Assembly: GCA_963514005.1 (NCBI GenBank)
Contig: OY740783.1
Span: 5,332,001-5,396,000, forward strand
DNA length: 64,000 bases
Direction of reading: 5' to 3'
From: Raja brachyura
Taxonomy: Eukaryota
This document shows, in pieces, positions 50,809 to 64,000 of the stretch. The first letter of the stretch is position 1. Each line of letters opens with the position of its first letter. The notes beneath the pieces were generated by a model, which saw only the letters and a program-made list of their open reading frames with translations, had not been told where the DNA came from and did no database searches. The position numbers and the translations under genes were made by a program.

Positions 50809-50940
50809 GTTACCCCTGCTCCCTTCAGCCTCCCTCTCTGCTCCTTGCCATTCCCCTCCCCCCCACACATTCAGTCCATCTCCCCACAACCTCCCTCCAT
50901 GCACTCATAGTGGCTCTCCCACAAAGCATCCATTCCTGCC

Positions 50941-51159
50941 CATTAGGTCAACATTCTTGGTCGATGTTCCGTTCTTCAGGAAACCTTTGACATTTCCCTT
51001 CATCTTTCCTCAGTTTAGAGATCCATATAATTTTCCATGCTGAAATACTGGTTTGTCGAGGTAGATCAACACCTGCATTGTTTGTTCATGTGCTTTATGG
51101 ACCGTCATAGCAAAACTTAATTGAATGGGGAATTGGGTCTGCTGAAGGGGAATGTCTTC
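50941..51159 (-). pseudogene. Helitron PIF1-family helicase C-terminal fragment
   Basis: Manual translation EDIPLQQTQFPIQLSFAMTVHKAHEQTMQVLIYLDKPVFQHGKLYGSLN*GK...TKNV matches the QFP.RLAFAMTINKSQGQT...VFSHGQLYVALSR motifs (helicase V/VI). Confidence 0.85.
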
Positions 51160-53639
51160 ACCTTCTGTTAAACGTCCTGCTGCCGAGGGAGGGGGACGGC
51201 TTCAGGCAGGGGCTCTCATGGGCTGATGAGGGATGGGGATGTCCTGCAGCGGGGGATGGGGGTGGCTTCAGGATGGGGAGCATCCTATAGTCAGGCGGAG
51301 GGGCAGCGTCTTGAGGTGGGGGATGTCAGTGGGGGGGGGGCGGAGAGCGACCTACTCATGGCCTCTAGACTCACGCACTGCCTTGGGACTATCTCATGGT
51401 CTCTGAACTGACAGACTGAATCACGGCTTGTGGACTGACTGACTTGTGCCCGACCTCTGGAGTCACGTCCAACTTTTGTAAACTGAAAACTGTAACATCC
51501 ACATTGAGGAACAGCTTTTTCCTGATAGCCGTCAGGCTATTAAACAATAAACAAGGTCTGAACTACGAAAGACTATATTATTTGTACTATTTGTTATTTG
51601 TTGATCACACACGCACCCTCCACCACACACACACCCTCCATCACACACACACACACTCTCACACACACAGAGCCACACACAAACTCACACACTCACACAC
51701 ACACACAGACTCACACACTCACTCACACCCAATACTAAAATGCCAAGTACCTTCAGAACGTAGTAAACATACAGTGTGTAAACCGAATGATTCAAATGTT
51801 TAAAGCCTCCTGTAGAGGCTGCTGCTGCTGAAGCAAAAACATGCTTTAAATATCGTCCAACAGACACACTCACCAGATCACTTGATTTATTCAATGGTGT
51901 CTTCACTCTGTGCCTTCTGCAGTCAGCACGATCTTGCCACGAACCGGAAATTATGCACTCAGCGCCATTTTGCCAATAACCGGAAATTACACCATCGGCA
52001 CCATCTTGCCACTTAACAGAAGTCATGGAATGAGCGCCAATTTTACAATTAAACACAGTCCTGATCCAGTTGCTTTATCCATCTGAAAACTGTTGCAACG
52101 ATTTTAAATGCCAAGCCAATTTAGCAAACACTTTGCAAACAGCCAACACGTTTTCTGAAGAGTTATAGAAAGCCAAACCAATTTGGCAAACACTTCACAA
52201 CCACATCAGGGGACACACCGTCGAGTAGACGTGCGATCAGTGTTATTCGCAGCACAGAGAGCAGTGACCCTCTAGCTTCCTCAATCTCGCAGAGACTGAG
52301 TGAGGCACGATGCTTCCTGGTTTTATAGTCCCTCCCCCCTGCCGACACCAGGGGCAGCAGAGAGAATGGCAACATTTTTTTAAACATTAATAACTCTCTG
52401 ATTTCTTATCGATGGGAAAACTCCTCCAGTCGAATCCGGCGGAGGGGGACTCTGAGCGAGCTGGCCAAAAATGACAGCCGGAAGTTGCAGTGTTCTTTCA
52501 GAAATCACGAAACAGAAAGTCAGAAAGCGGTCAAGATCTTAGTTTTAGTCAATCTAAATCCTTGCTCCCTGTACCAGCCCCTCAGCCACACATTCAGATC
52601 CCCTATCTCCATGTTCGTGTCCTCACTAGCATGAAGTACTGGAAGCAATCCAGAATAACCACCCTAGAAGGCCTGCTTTTCAGTCTTCTTCCAAACTCTC
52701 TGAACTCATGTTGGAGAACCTCTTTCCGCTTCTTCACTATGACGTTTGTGTCTACGTGCACAACTACTGCCGGCTGTTCACCTTCTCACTGGAGAATGTT
52801 CTGAATTCAGCTCATGACATCCTGAACCCTGGCACCAGGGAGGCAACAGACCATCCTCGTGTCTCATCTGCCGCCATAGAATTTCCTGTCTGCTCCTCAG
52901 ACAATGGAGTCACCCACCGCCAGGGCTCTGCCCGACACCGGACAAGTCCCATCTCTAGGATTGGAGCCACCGACGTGTCCGCCGCTGACTGGAAGCATCG
53001 TCTCCCCAGACAGTTCCCAAGAGGCACAGCCACCTGGGTCTCCTGCCCTCCTCAGTTACCACCCTCTCTCTCAGTCATACACCTTTGTTCTTCCTGTCCT
53101 CAGCATGACAACCTCACTAAAGTCCTGTCCAGGAAACTTTCATTTTCCCAGATGGCCCTGACGTAATCCAGCTGCTTCTCCAGTGCCCCAACACGATCGG
53201 TGTTGATACTGATCCATTGTAAGATATCCAAGCGGATCATGGGATGCTGCGTGTGGTAAAGGTTGACAATGGAAGAGGCTCGGTGTGGGAATGGGAAGCA
53301 GAGCTAAACTGGCTGTGATCCTTTACGGATAGAGCGTAAATGATCATCAAAACGGTCGCCTAATGTACGCTTGGTCTCACCAATGTACACGAACGAACAT
53401 CACGGGAAACAGATGCTGCACACGTGATCTCCAGAGGTGAATGTGAATCTCAGTCTGACCTGGGACGACTGTCTGTGTGGCTGGTGGAAGTGAAACAGGA
53501 GCTGTCGGGCCAGGCGTTACATCCCATGCGGATGCAGGGAGAATGCTTGGGAATGGAGCGGTTTCGGTGAGCAGACCAAGCAACTGCGGACAATGTGGTC
53601 TCTACGGAAAGCGGAAGGTGTGGAATGGGAAAGATAGAG

Positions 53640-56600
53640 TCATAGAGACATAGAGTGATACAGTGTGGACACAGGCCCTTTGGCCCAACTCGCCCACACT
53701 GAGCAACAATGTCCCAGCTACACTTGTACCACTTGCCTGCGCTTGGTCCATAACCCTCCAAACCTGTCCTATCCATGTACCTGTCCAACTGTTTATTTAA
53801 CGATGGGATAGTCCCAGCCTCAACTACCTCCTCTAGCAGCTCATTCCATACGCCCACCACCCTCTGTGTGAAAAAGTTACCCCTCGGATTCCTATTAAAT
53901 CTTTTCCCCTTCACCTTGAACCTATGAACCTTGAAACTGCTAGAGTCAGTTATTAAAGATGGGATAGCAGCACATTTGGAAAGTGGTGAAATCATTAGAC
54001 AAAGTCAGCATGGATTTACGAAAGGTAAATCATGTCTGACGAATCTTATAGAATTTTTCGAGGATGTAACTAGCAGAGTGGATAAGGGAGAACCAGTGGA
54101 TGTGTTATGGGATGGGAAGCAGAGCTAAACTGGCTGTGATCCTTTATGGATAGAGCGTAAATGATCATCAAACAGGATAAACAGGGTCTGATCAGGAACA
54201 GTCAACATGGATTTGTGCCTGGAAGGTCATGTTTGACAAACCTTCTTGAATTTTTTGAAGAGGTTACTAGGGAAATTGATGAGGGTAAAGCAGTGGATGT
54301 TGTCTATATGGATTTCAGTAAGGCCTTTGACAAGGTTCCCCATGGAAGGTTGGTTAAGAAGGTTCAATCTTTGGGTGTTAATGGCGGAGTAGCAAGATGG
54401 ATTCAACAGTGGCTGAATGGGAGATGTCAGAGAGTAATGGTGGATGGCTGTTTGTCAGATTGGAAGCCGGTGACCAGTGGGGTGCCTCAGGGATCTGTGT
54501 TGAGTCCACTGTTGTTTGTCATGTACATCAATGATCTGGATGATGGGGTGGAAAATTGGATAAGTAAGTATGCAGATGATACTAAGATAGGTGGTGTTGC
54601 GGATAATGAAGTAGATTTTCAAAGTCTACAGAGAGATTTGGCCATTTGGAAAAGTGGGCTGAAAGATGGCAGATGGAGTTTAATGCTGATAAGTGTGAAG
54701 TGCTACATCTTGGCAGGACAAATCAAAATAGGACGTACAATGTAAATGGTAGGGAATTGAGGAATGCTGTGGAACAGAGGGATCTAGGAATAACTGCATA
54801 GTTCCCTGAAGGTGGAATCGCATGTAGATAGGGTGGTAAAGAAAGCTTTTGGTGTGCTGGCCTTTATAAATCAGAGCATTGAATATAGGAGTAGGGAAGT
54901 AATGTTAAAATTGTACAAGGCATTGGTAAGACCAATTCTGGAGTACGGTGTACAATTTTGGTCGCCTAATTATAGGAAGGATGTCAACAAAATAGAGAGT
55001 ACAGAGGAAATTTACTAGAATGTTGCCTGGGTTCCAGCAACTAAGTTACAGAGAAAGGTTAAATAAGTTAGGTCTTTATTCTTTGGAGCGCAGAAGGTTA
55101 AGGGGGGACTTGATTGAAGTCTTTAAAATGATGAGAGGGATAGACAGAGTTGACGTGGATAAGCTTTTCCCATTGAGGGTAGGGAAGATTCAAACAAGAG
55201 GGCATGACATGCGAATTAAGGGACAGACGTTTAGGGGTAACATGAGGGGGAACCTCTTTAGTCAGAGAGTGGTGGCTATGTGGAATGAGCTTCCAGCAGA
55301 AGTGGTGGAGGCAGGATCGATTTTAACATTTAAATGTAAAGTGGATAGGTATATGGACGGGAAGGGAATGGAGGGGTATGGTCTGAGTGCAGGTAGGTGG
55401 GACTAGGGGAAAATAAATGGTCAGCACGGACTGAAAGGGCCGAGAGGGCCTGTTTCCGTGCTGTAATTGTTATCTGGTTATATGGTTATATCTAGACTTT
55501 CAGAAGGCTTTCGACAAGGTCCCACACAAGAGATTAGTATACAAACTTAAAGCACACGGTATTGGGGGTTCAGTATTGATGTGAATAGAGAACTGGCTGG
55601 CAGACAGGAAGCAAAGGGTAGGAGTAAACGGGTCCTTTTCAGAATGGCAGGCAGTGACTAGTGGGGTACCGCAAGGCTCAGTGCTGGGACCCCAGCTATT
55701 TACAATATATATATTAATGATTTGGATTAGGGAATTGAATGCAACATCTCCAAGTTTGCAGATGACACTAAGCTGGGGGGTAGTGTTAGGTGTGAGGAGG
55801 ATGCTAGGAGTCTGCAAGGTGACGTGGACAGTCTGGGTGAGTGGGCAAATGCATGGCAGATGCAGTATAATGTGGATAAATGTGAGGTTATCCACTTTGG
55901 TGGCAAAAACAGGAGGGTAGACTATTATCTGAATGGTGGCAAATTAGGAAAAGGGGAGATGCAACGAGACCTGGGTGTCATGGTACACCAATCATTGAAA
56001 GTAGGCATGCAGGTGCAGCAGGCAGTGAAGAAAGCAAATGGTATGTTAGTATTCATAGCAAAAGGATTTGAGTATAGGAGCAGGGAGGTTCTACTGCAGT
56101 TGTACAGGGTTTTGGTGAGCCCACACCTGGAGTATTGCGTACAGTTTTAGACTCCAAATCTGAGGAAAGACATTCTTACCATAGAGGGGGTTCAGAGAAG
56201 GTTCACCAGACTAATTCCTGGGACGTCAGGACTTTCATATGAGGAAAGACTGGATAGACTTGGCTTGTACTCGCTAGAAGGTAGAAGATTGAGGGGGGAT
56301 CTTAAAAAAACTTACACAATTCTTAAGGGGTTGGATAGGCTAGATGCAGGAAGATTGTTCCCGATGTTGGGGAGGTCCAGAACAAGGGGTCATAGTCTAA
56401 GGATAAGGGGGAATTCCTTTAGGACCGAGATGAGAAAAATATTTTTCACACAGAGATTGATGAGTCTTTGGAATTCTCTGCCACAGAAGGTAGTTGAGGC
56501 CAGTTCATTGGCTATATTTAAGAGGGAGTTAGATGTGGCCTTTGTGGCTAAAGGGATCAGGGGGTATGGAGAGAAGGCAGGTACAGGATACTGAGTTGGA

Positions 56601-57440
56601 TGATCAGCCATGATCATATTGAATGGCGGTGCAGGCTCGAATGGCCCACTCCTGCACCTATTTTCTATGTTTCTACGTTTCTATATCCTCTGGTCCTCGA
56701 ATCCCCTACTCTCATGATCCTCTGGTCCTCGATTCCCCTACTTTGTATAACTCTATAAGATCTCCCCTCATCCTCCTACACTCCATGGAATAGAGACCCA
56801 GCCTACTTAACCTTTCCTTCTAGCTCACACGTTCTAGTCCTGGCAGCTTCCTTGTAAATCTTTTCTGAACCACTTCAAGCTTGAAAATATCTTTCTTATA
56901 ACATGGTGCCCAGAACTGAACACAATACTCCAAGTGCGGTCTCACCAATGTTTTATACAACTGCAACATGACCTCCCAACTTCTATACTCAATACTCTGA
57001 CTGATGAAGTCCAAAGTGCCAAAATCATTTTTGACCACCTTATCGACCTGCTACTCGACCTTCAAGGAACTATGCACCTGTACTCCGAGATCCATCTGCT
57101 CCACAACACTACCCAGATGCCTACAATTTACTGTGTATCGTCCTGCCCTTATTAGACGTCCCAAAAGGCAACACCTCACACTTCCTTGTATTAAATTCCA
57201 TCAACCATTCCTCAACCCACCTGGCCAATCAATCCAGATCCTGCTGCAATCGTACACAACCATCTTCACTGTCTGTTGAATCATCAGCAAACTTGTTAAT
57301 CTTGCCCTGTATGTTCTCATCCAAATCATTGATGTAGATGACAAACCGTAACAGGACCAGCACCGAACCCTGTGGCACACCACTAGTCAGAGGCATCCAG
57401 TCCGAGAAGCAACCTTCCACCATCACCCTCTGCTTCAGTA
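53640..57440. mobile_element. Cluster of CR1 LINEs (plus copies at 54175-55490 and 55485-56685; minus copies at 53640-53930 and 56690-57440)
   Basis: RT ORFs 54161-54745, 55020-55406, 55824-56150 and 56265-56594 (GVPQGS, YADD). Confidence 0.88.
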
Positions 57441-58739
57441 CTTCCTCAACGGTAGCCCTGACTGCTCTCATGACACTTCCAATGACTGGATGCGACTGCA
57501 GATGAGATCGCCTTGAAGATATTGGAAATGTCAGAGAATTATATATTAAATGTGCAGACTGGTGTGGTGAAAAGCGAGGTCCAGAGGAACATTATCCTTG
57601 TTCCGTCTGAGGAAGGGCGAGTGAGAGAAGAACTGCGAGACACAGGGAAGATATGGATGAAGGTGAAATCCACAACTGCACGGGCTAAACCACGGCTACT
57701 GAAATTAAAGGAATGTTTCGCGTGTCGCTGGGTGAAAAGCGTTTTCTTGGAAGTACAAGTAGCTGAGATGGAGAAATCGAGAGTAAGGGATGGTGTCCTT
57801 GCAAGAGGGAGATTGGAAGGATGCAGTCAAAGTAACAAGTATTAATGGGCGTCTGTGCATAGTCTATCTTTTGTGATGGAGACAGAGAGATCCTGAAAGC
57901 AGAGTTCAGTCACAGACATTGTCCTCGTAAATTTCCGTTGTTCTATTTCATTTCTCCATGTCAGTAACACTCTCTGTAGACGTGAAGCTTGTCAAGCCCT
58001 TAACGCAGGGTGAATTATATTCACATTTAAACTCCTTGACACCTCATTTTTACCATGTTAAATGGGACATGCTCCAGGGAAATATTTGTAACGTGATTTC
58101 ACGAACAACAGTGTTGTACACTGAATAATATTTATAGTAATGGATCACCACTCGACAGGAACATTAAAGATTGGAGCAGGGGAGGCCATTTGGCCCTTAA
58201 AACTGGTTCAGCCTTCAACCTGATCATCATGTGCCCGATTATTCAAAATATTATTAGATCCCTCCAACGCCCAGAACTCTATCTAGCAAATTTGTGAATG
58301 GATGTAATGAACATCCATTCTATCTTTTAATCAATTGCACTTCTTACTTTCAGTCCAAAGTGACTTTCGGTCCAAACTATCAGAAGAGCACAGTTAAATT
58401 ATGAATCCTAATGACCCATTTGTTATCCAATAGCATCGCCAGTTGAGGGTTCGAAACATGTGTTGCTGGGCAGATCTTGGAGTTGTTAGTTTGCAGTCAG
58501 CAGCTCTGTGCATTGGGCTGGAATCAGTACATTCATTTCTCTAAATAATCCACAGGTGCTTCCGTTCAGTTATTCCTGCTCTTTGCTTACGGTGGAGAGT
58601 TGGACTTCACCCACATAATATGCGGGGGAAAGGTGAAATCAATTGGAATCAAAATAAATATGAAATGCCATGCATTTAAAAATGAAGCTTTAAAGGCGAG
58701 TTCTGAGGCTAATAATATTAAGTGAGACACAGATGCGGC

Positions 58740-59865
58740 ATAGAAACATAGAAACATGGAAAATAGGTGCAGGAGGAGGGCATTTGGCCCTTCGAGCCAG
58801 CACCGCCATTCATTGCGATCATGGCTGATCGTCCCGAATCAATAACCCGTGCCTGCATTCTCCCCATATCCTTTGATTCCACTAGCCCCTAGAGCTCTAT
58901 CTAACTCTCTCTTAAATCCATCCAGTGATTTGGCCTCCACTGCCCTCTGTGGCAGGGGAATTCCACAAATTCACAACTCTCTGGGTGAAAAAGTTTTTTC
59001 TCACCTCAGTCTTAAATGGCCTCCCCTTTATTCTAAGACTGTGCCCTCTGGTTCTGGACTCGCCCAACATTGGGAACATTTTTCCTGCATCTAGCTTATC
59101 CAGTCCTTTTAAAATTGTATATGTTTTTATAAGATCCCCCCTCATCCTTCTAAACTCCAGTGAACGCAAGCCTAGTCTTTTTAATCTTTCCTCATATGAC
59201 AGTCCCGCCATCCCAGGGATCAATCTCGTGAACCTACACGGCACTACCTCAATCACAAGGATGTCCTTCCTCAAATTAGGAGACCAAAACTGTACACAAT
59301 ACTCCAGATGTGGTCTTACCAGAGCCCTATACAACTGCAGAAGAACCTCTCTACTCCTATACTGAAATCCTCTTGTTATGAAGGCCAACATTCCATTAGC
59401 TTTCTTCACTGCCTGCTGTACCTGCATGTCAACTTTCAGTGACCGGTGCACAAGGACACCCAGGTCTCGCTGTACCTCCCCCTTACCTAACCTAACCCCA
59501 TTGAGATAATAATCTGCCCCCTTGTTTTTGCCGCCAAAGTGGATAACCTCACATTTATCTATATTATACTGCGTCTGCCACGCATCTGCCCACTCACTCA
59601 ACCTGTCCAGGTCACCCAGCAACCTCCTAACATCATTACACTCGTTACTGCCTGCCATTCTGAAAAGGAGCCGTTCACTCCTACTCTTTGCTTCCTGTCT
59701 GCCAACCAATTTTCTATCCACATCAACACCCTACCCCCAATACCATGTGCTCTAATTTTAGTCACCAGTCTCCCGTGCGGGACCTTAGCAAAGGCTTTCT
59801 GAAAGTCTAGATACACTACATCCACTGGCTCCCCTTCATCCATTTTACTTGTCACATCCTCAAGA
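58740..59865 (-). mobile_element. CR1 LINE 3' part
   Basis: ORF 58912-59721 and an (agaaacat)n tail. Confidence 0.88.
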
Positions 59866-60557
59866 AAAAGGTTATGGGGAATAGGTCCTCTAGGAGGGTA
59901 GTGATTTTGGATGATCAGCAATGATCATATTGAATGGTGGTGTAGGCTCCAAGGGCTGAATGGCCTACTCCTGCACCTGTTTTAATAATAATAATAACAA
60001 TAATAATAATAATAATAATAAATACTTTATTGATCCCCTCAGAGAAATTCAGAAATATTTTCCTGAGGAATATTTTCTATATTTCTACCTTTCTATGTTT
60101 CAAAAAAAAACTGAGATCGAACGGCCCACTCATGTGATTTATCTCTTACCGTTTGTCTACCTATGTTATAGCAAATTCATTTTAATTCGCTGACATATCG
60201 ACCAGATTCCCCGTGTCTTCTACACGTCTACTGTTGTACATTAAATCAAAGTGGGGAAAACTAAATGAACTTTATTAACGCCTCATACTTCCCTCTAATT
60301 GCTTGTGTTTATGTGGCTCTGCACAGATGGTCCTTATTATCATAAGAGTGCGCATAGAATAAATGATAAAATGAATGATACCATAAGGAAGGAATGCATT
60401 AAGATTCTGCTGAACCAGATTAACCCCCCTCTTTTATATTTTCTGTGGCGATATTGAGGTCGATGGGCAAGAGCTCACCATGTAACTGAAAGGAAACACC
60501 TGTGTCGACCGTGCTGCTAAATTAATCAGGCGCTTTCAGTCTGCTGCTCAAACACTG

Positions 60558-60990
60558 GAAACACAGAAAATAGGTGCAGGAGTAGGCCATTCGGCCCTTC
60601 GAGCCTGCACCACCATTCAATATGATCACGGCTGATCATCCAACTCAGTATCCCGTACCTGCCTTCTCTCCATACCCTCTGATCCCCTTAGCCACAAGGG
60701 CCACATCTAACTCCCTCTTAAATATAGCCAATGAACTGGCCTCAACTACCCTCTGTGGCAGAGAGTTCCTGAGACTCACCACCCTCTATGTGAAAAAAGT
60801 ATTTCTCATCTCGGTCTTAAAGGATTTCCCCCTTATCCTTAAGCTGTGACCCCTTGTCCTGGACTTCCCCAACATCGGGAACAATCTTCCTGCATCTAGC
60901 CTGTCCAACCCCTTAAGAATTTTGTAAGTTTCTATAAGATCCCCTCTCAATCGCCTAAATTCTAGAGAGTATAAACCGAGTCCATCCATG
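60558..60990 (-). mobile_element. CR1 3' fragment
   Basis: ORF 60786-61001 and the shared CR1 3' UTR. Confidence 0.85.
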
Positions 60991-61895
60991 ATTTTGATCA
61001 TGTATATCCCGGGTACTGTGTTTGATTGTGATCAGCTATCATGTGTACAGTGGGCATCGATGTCTCTTGGATTCTGTATGGACTCTGTTTAGAGATTATC
61101 TGACGCACAGTTATAAGGTAGTTCATATAGTGGGTATGATTGCTAGTCACGCACCCCACAGATAGTGACCCGAGTAAAGATTAGATTAGATTAGATTAGA
61201 TTCCTTTATTGTCATTCAGACCTTACGGTCTGAACTAAATTGTTACCATACAGTCATACATATAATAAAAACAAAACACACAATAAATACATATCCAACA
61301 TCCACCACAATGAGTTCACCAGGCACCTCCTCACTGTGGTGGAAGGCAAAAGGCACATGAGTAAAATACCGAATGGATGCTGATTATCTTCCAGCTCAGC
61401 GAAGGCCAGAGGTGTCCACATTGTATCCCTTTGCACCCTGAAGCTGAACGTATGAAGTGAACTCTTCTGCGTGAAGGTCACTGGGTGATATAATGTAGGC
61501 GTGTGTGAAAATGTAAAACATATCTGGGATGATCAGTGGGGTTTGAATTCCATGTTCTTTAGCCAGAGGACACAGACATTAAACAAATCGACCAATGCTG
61601 CGATCCATGTGCACCCCCGCGTATTTTCCTGCACCAGTCATCTTTTTCTGACTATTGAGTGCAGTAGAAATACTCCTTTGGCGCATTCACTGCCATGCCC
61701 TTATGTTAAACCTATCAACCTCTATGATTTAATTGTCAATTAATTTATATTTCGCTTTGTTTTAGTAAATTAATGCACCGCAATACAACGATACAATGAT
61801 TCAATGATACTTTATTGCCACGTGCAGCTAGATACAGTGAAATTCTTTATTTTTGGATACAATCCAGTAAAATCACACGGCAGACCTCACCTAAG

Positions 61896-63743
61896 TCCTA
61901 GAGAGAGTACAGAGGAGATTTACTAGAATGTTGCCTGGGTTCCAGCAACTAAGTTACAGAGAAAGTTTGAACAAGTTAAGGCCCTGTCTCACTGTGCGAG
62001 TTGACCCACGAGGTACCCCGTGTGAAAGACTCGTGGTAGTGCACGAGATTTCAAGTTTATGATCAAGTGCTTAACCGAGTTCCCACGGGTATGTCATTGC
62101 TGCGATGTTACTCTCCCGAGTTAACAAGTTCCTCTCCCGTTACTCTTGAGCCAACCGTGAATGAAGGTAAGTGTGTGAGGTGTGAGAAGTCCATGCCGGG
62201 TGCCGGCCGGCCACAGCCGCTGTTCAGATTATTGGGAGGCGGAGCTCAGGGTTCGCCTCTTGAGCTGCTTTGGTGCCCAGGCGTACGTTGAGGTGGAAGG
62301 TGGTTGGGGGTGGGGGGGGGCTCGTCTTCTGAAGAAGGATCTCGACCCGCTGAATTACTCCAGCAGTGTTAAAGAAGGAACTGCAGATGCAGCAAAATCG
62401 AGCGTACACAAAATTCTGGAGAAACTCAGCGGGTGTAGCAGCATCTATAGAGCGAAGGGATGGGTGACAGGAGGGTCTCGACCTGCTGAAATTCTCCAGC
62501 ATTTGGATCTAAACATCACCCATCCCTTCCCTCCAGAGATGCGGCCTGTCCCGCTGAGTTACTCCAGCTTGTTTGTGTCTATCGTTGAATGGGTGACATT
62601 TCGGGTCGAGACCCTTCTTCGGACTGAAAATAAAACTTGCCTCGCGTGAAGCGGCTTGTAAATTAAAACATAAAAACAAGAAATGCTAGACTCATTTATG
62701 TGCTCGTATTCATTTACCTGGCCTGTTGCTGTCCTCCCTCGTCCACCGTGAGCGCTGGACAACTCACTGGGTGCAAAACTCCGCAGCATTCCGGGCGGAG
62801 GGCGATGATCACCCGACTGTCCTAGAGAGAGTACAGAGGAGATTTACTAGAATGTTGCCTGGGTTCCAGCAACTAAGTTACAGAGAAAGTTTGAACAAGT
62901 TAAGGCCCTGTCTCACTGTGCGAGTTGACCCACGAGGTACCCCGTGTGAAAGACTCGTGGTAGTGCACGAGATTTCAAGTTTATGATCAAGTGTTTAACC
63001 GAGTTCCCACGGGTATGTCATTGCTGCGATGTTACTCTCCCGAGTTAACAAGTTCCTCTCCCGTTACTCTTGAGCCAACCGTGAATGAAGGTAAGTGTGT
63101 GAGGTGTGAGAAGTCCATGCCGGGTGCCGGCCGGCCACAGCCGCTGTTCAGATTATTGGGAGGCGGAGCTCAGGGTTCGCCTCTTGAGCTGCTTTGGTGC
63201 CCAGGCGTACGTTGAGGTGGAAGGTGGTTGGGGGTGGGGGGGGGCTCGTCTTCTGAAGAAGGATCTCGACCCGCTGAATTACTCCAGCAGTGTTAAAGAA
63301 GGAACTGCAGATGCAGCAAAATCGAGCGTACACAAAATTCTGGAGAAACTCAGCGGGTGTAGCAGCATCTATAGAGCGAAGGGATGGGTGACAGGAGGGT
63401 CTCGACCTGCTGAAATTCTCCAGCATTTGGATCTAAACATCACCCATCCCTTCCCTCCAGAGATGCGGCCTGTCCCGCTGAGTTACTCCAGCTTGTTTGT
63501 GTCTATCGTTGAATGGGTGACATTTCGGGTCGAGACCCTTCTTCGGACTGAAAATAAAACTTGCCTCGCGTGAAGCGGCTTGTAAATTAAAACATAAAAA
63601 CAAGAAATGCTAGACTCATTTATGTGCTCGTATTCATTTACCTGGCCTGTTGCTGTCCTCCCTCGTCCACCGTGAGCGCTGGACAACTCACTGGGTGCAA
63701 AACTCCGCAGCATTCCGGGCGGAGGGCGATGATCACCCGACTG
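61896..63743. repeat. 924-bp direct tandem duplication
   Basis: 61896-62819 and 62820-63743 are nearly identical; I saw one substitution (gtgcttaacc versus gtgtttaacc). Confidence 0.95.
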
Positions 63744-64000
63744 ACCGGCAAGTAGAGGCGGCGGGTCGGTCAAGCCCGGCTCCCCGCCACCGGGATAAAC
63801 ACCACTACTGGAGTAAACTCAGCGGGATCTCTGGAGAAGTCTGAAGTAGGGTCTCGACCCGAAATCTCACCCATCCCATCTCTCCAGAGATGCTGCCTGT
63901 CCCTCGGAGTTACTCCAGCATTGTGTGTGTCTATGGGTTACACAAAAAGCTGGAGAAACTCAGCGGGTGCAGCAGCATCTAAGGAGCGAAGGAGATAGGC

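Larger units (their letters stand above)
50210..52560 (-). mobile_element. Internally deleted Helitron (boundaries approximate)
   Basis: Helicase remnant with a minisatellite on its 3' side, and a Helitron-like AT-rich 5' terminus near 52560. No clear 3' hairpin/CTAG end. Confidence 0.5.

Noticed and set aside
50242-50910. 222-aa hydrophobic repeat protein, or an Ig switch region
   Set aside because: The ORF is a minisatellite translation. The array lies upstream of V rather than in the J-C intron and is not AGCT-rich.
53293-54172. ~58-bp direct repeat at 53293 and 54113
   Set aside because: It sits among LINE fragments and is best explained as an insertion-associated duplication.
57940-61800. 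Exons of a neighbouring host gene in the unique patches
   Set aside because: My partial manual translations gave no recognisable protein or consistent splice pattern.

Overview
Eukaryotic, repeat-rich genomic DNA from a cartilaginous fish, most likely a skate (inferred from Ig sequences and TE families). The main feature is one complete, unrearranged immunoglobulin mu (IgM) heavy-chain cluster on the minus strand (~21.7-38.2 kb). Its order is leader - V(23-RSS) - (12)D1(22) - (12)D2(12) - (23)J - CH1 - CH2 - CH3 - CH4/secretory tail - TM1 - TM2. By manual translation all exons are in frame with matching splice phases. Unusual details are a Trp-to-Leu change at the normally invariant FR2 tryptophan of V, a GC-AG intron between TM1 and TM2, two perfect octamers inside an inverted duplication in the J-C intron, and a CR1 palindrome just upstream of the promoter. 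The rest is mostly transposable elements. These include a DIRS1-type retrotransposon (gag, RT/RNase H, methyltransferase, tyrosine recombinase) with a multi-level nest of later insertions, and Penelope-like elements carrying hammerhead-ribozyme-like cores. There is also a Helitron remnant missed by the ORF track, L1 and L2-group LINEs, many CR1 LINEs, a solo LTR, MITEs, minisatellites, a 924-bp tandem duplication and four assembly gaps. No CRISPR, rRNA or tRNA genes were found.
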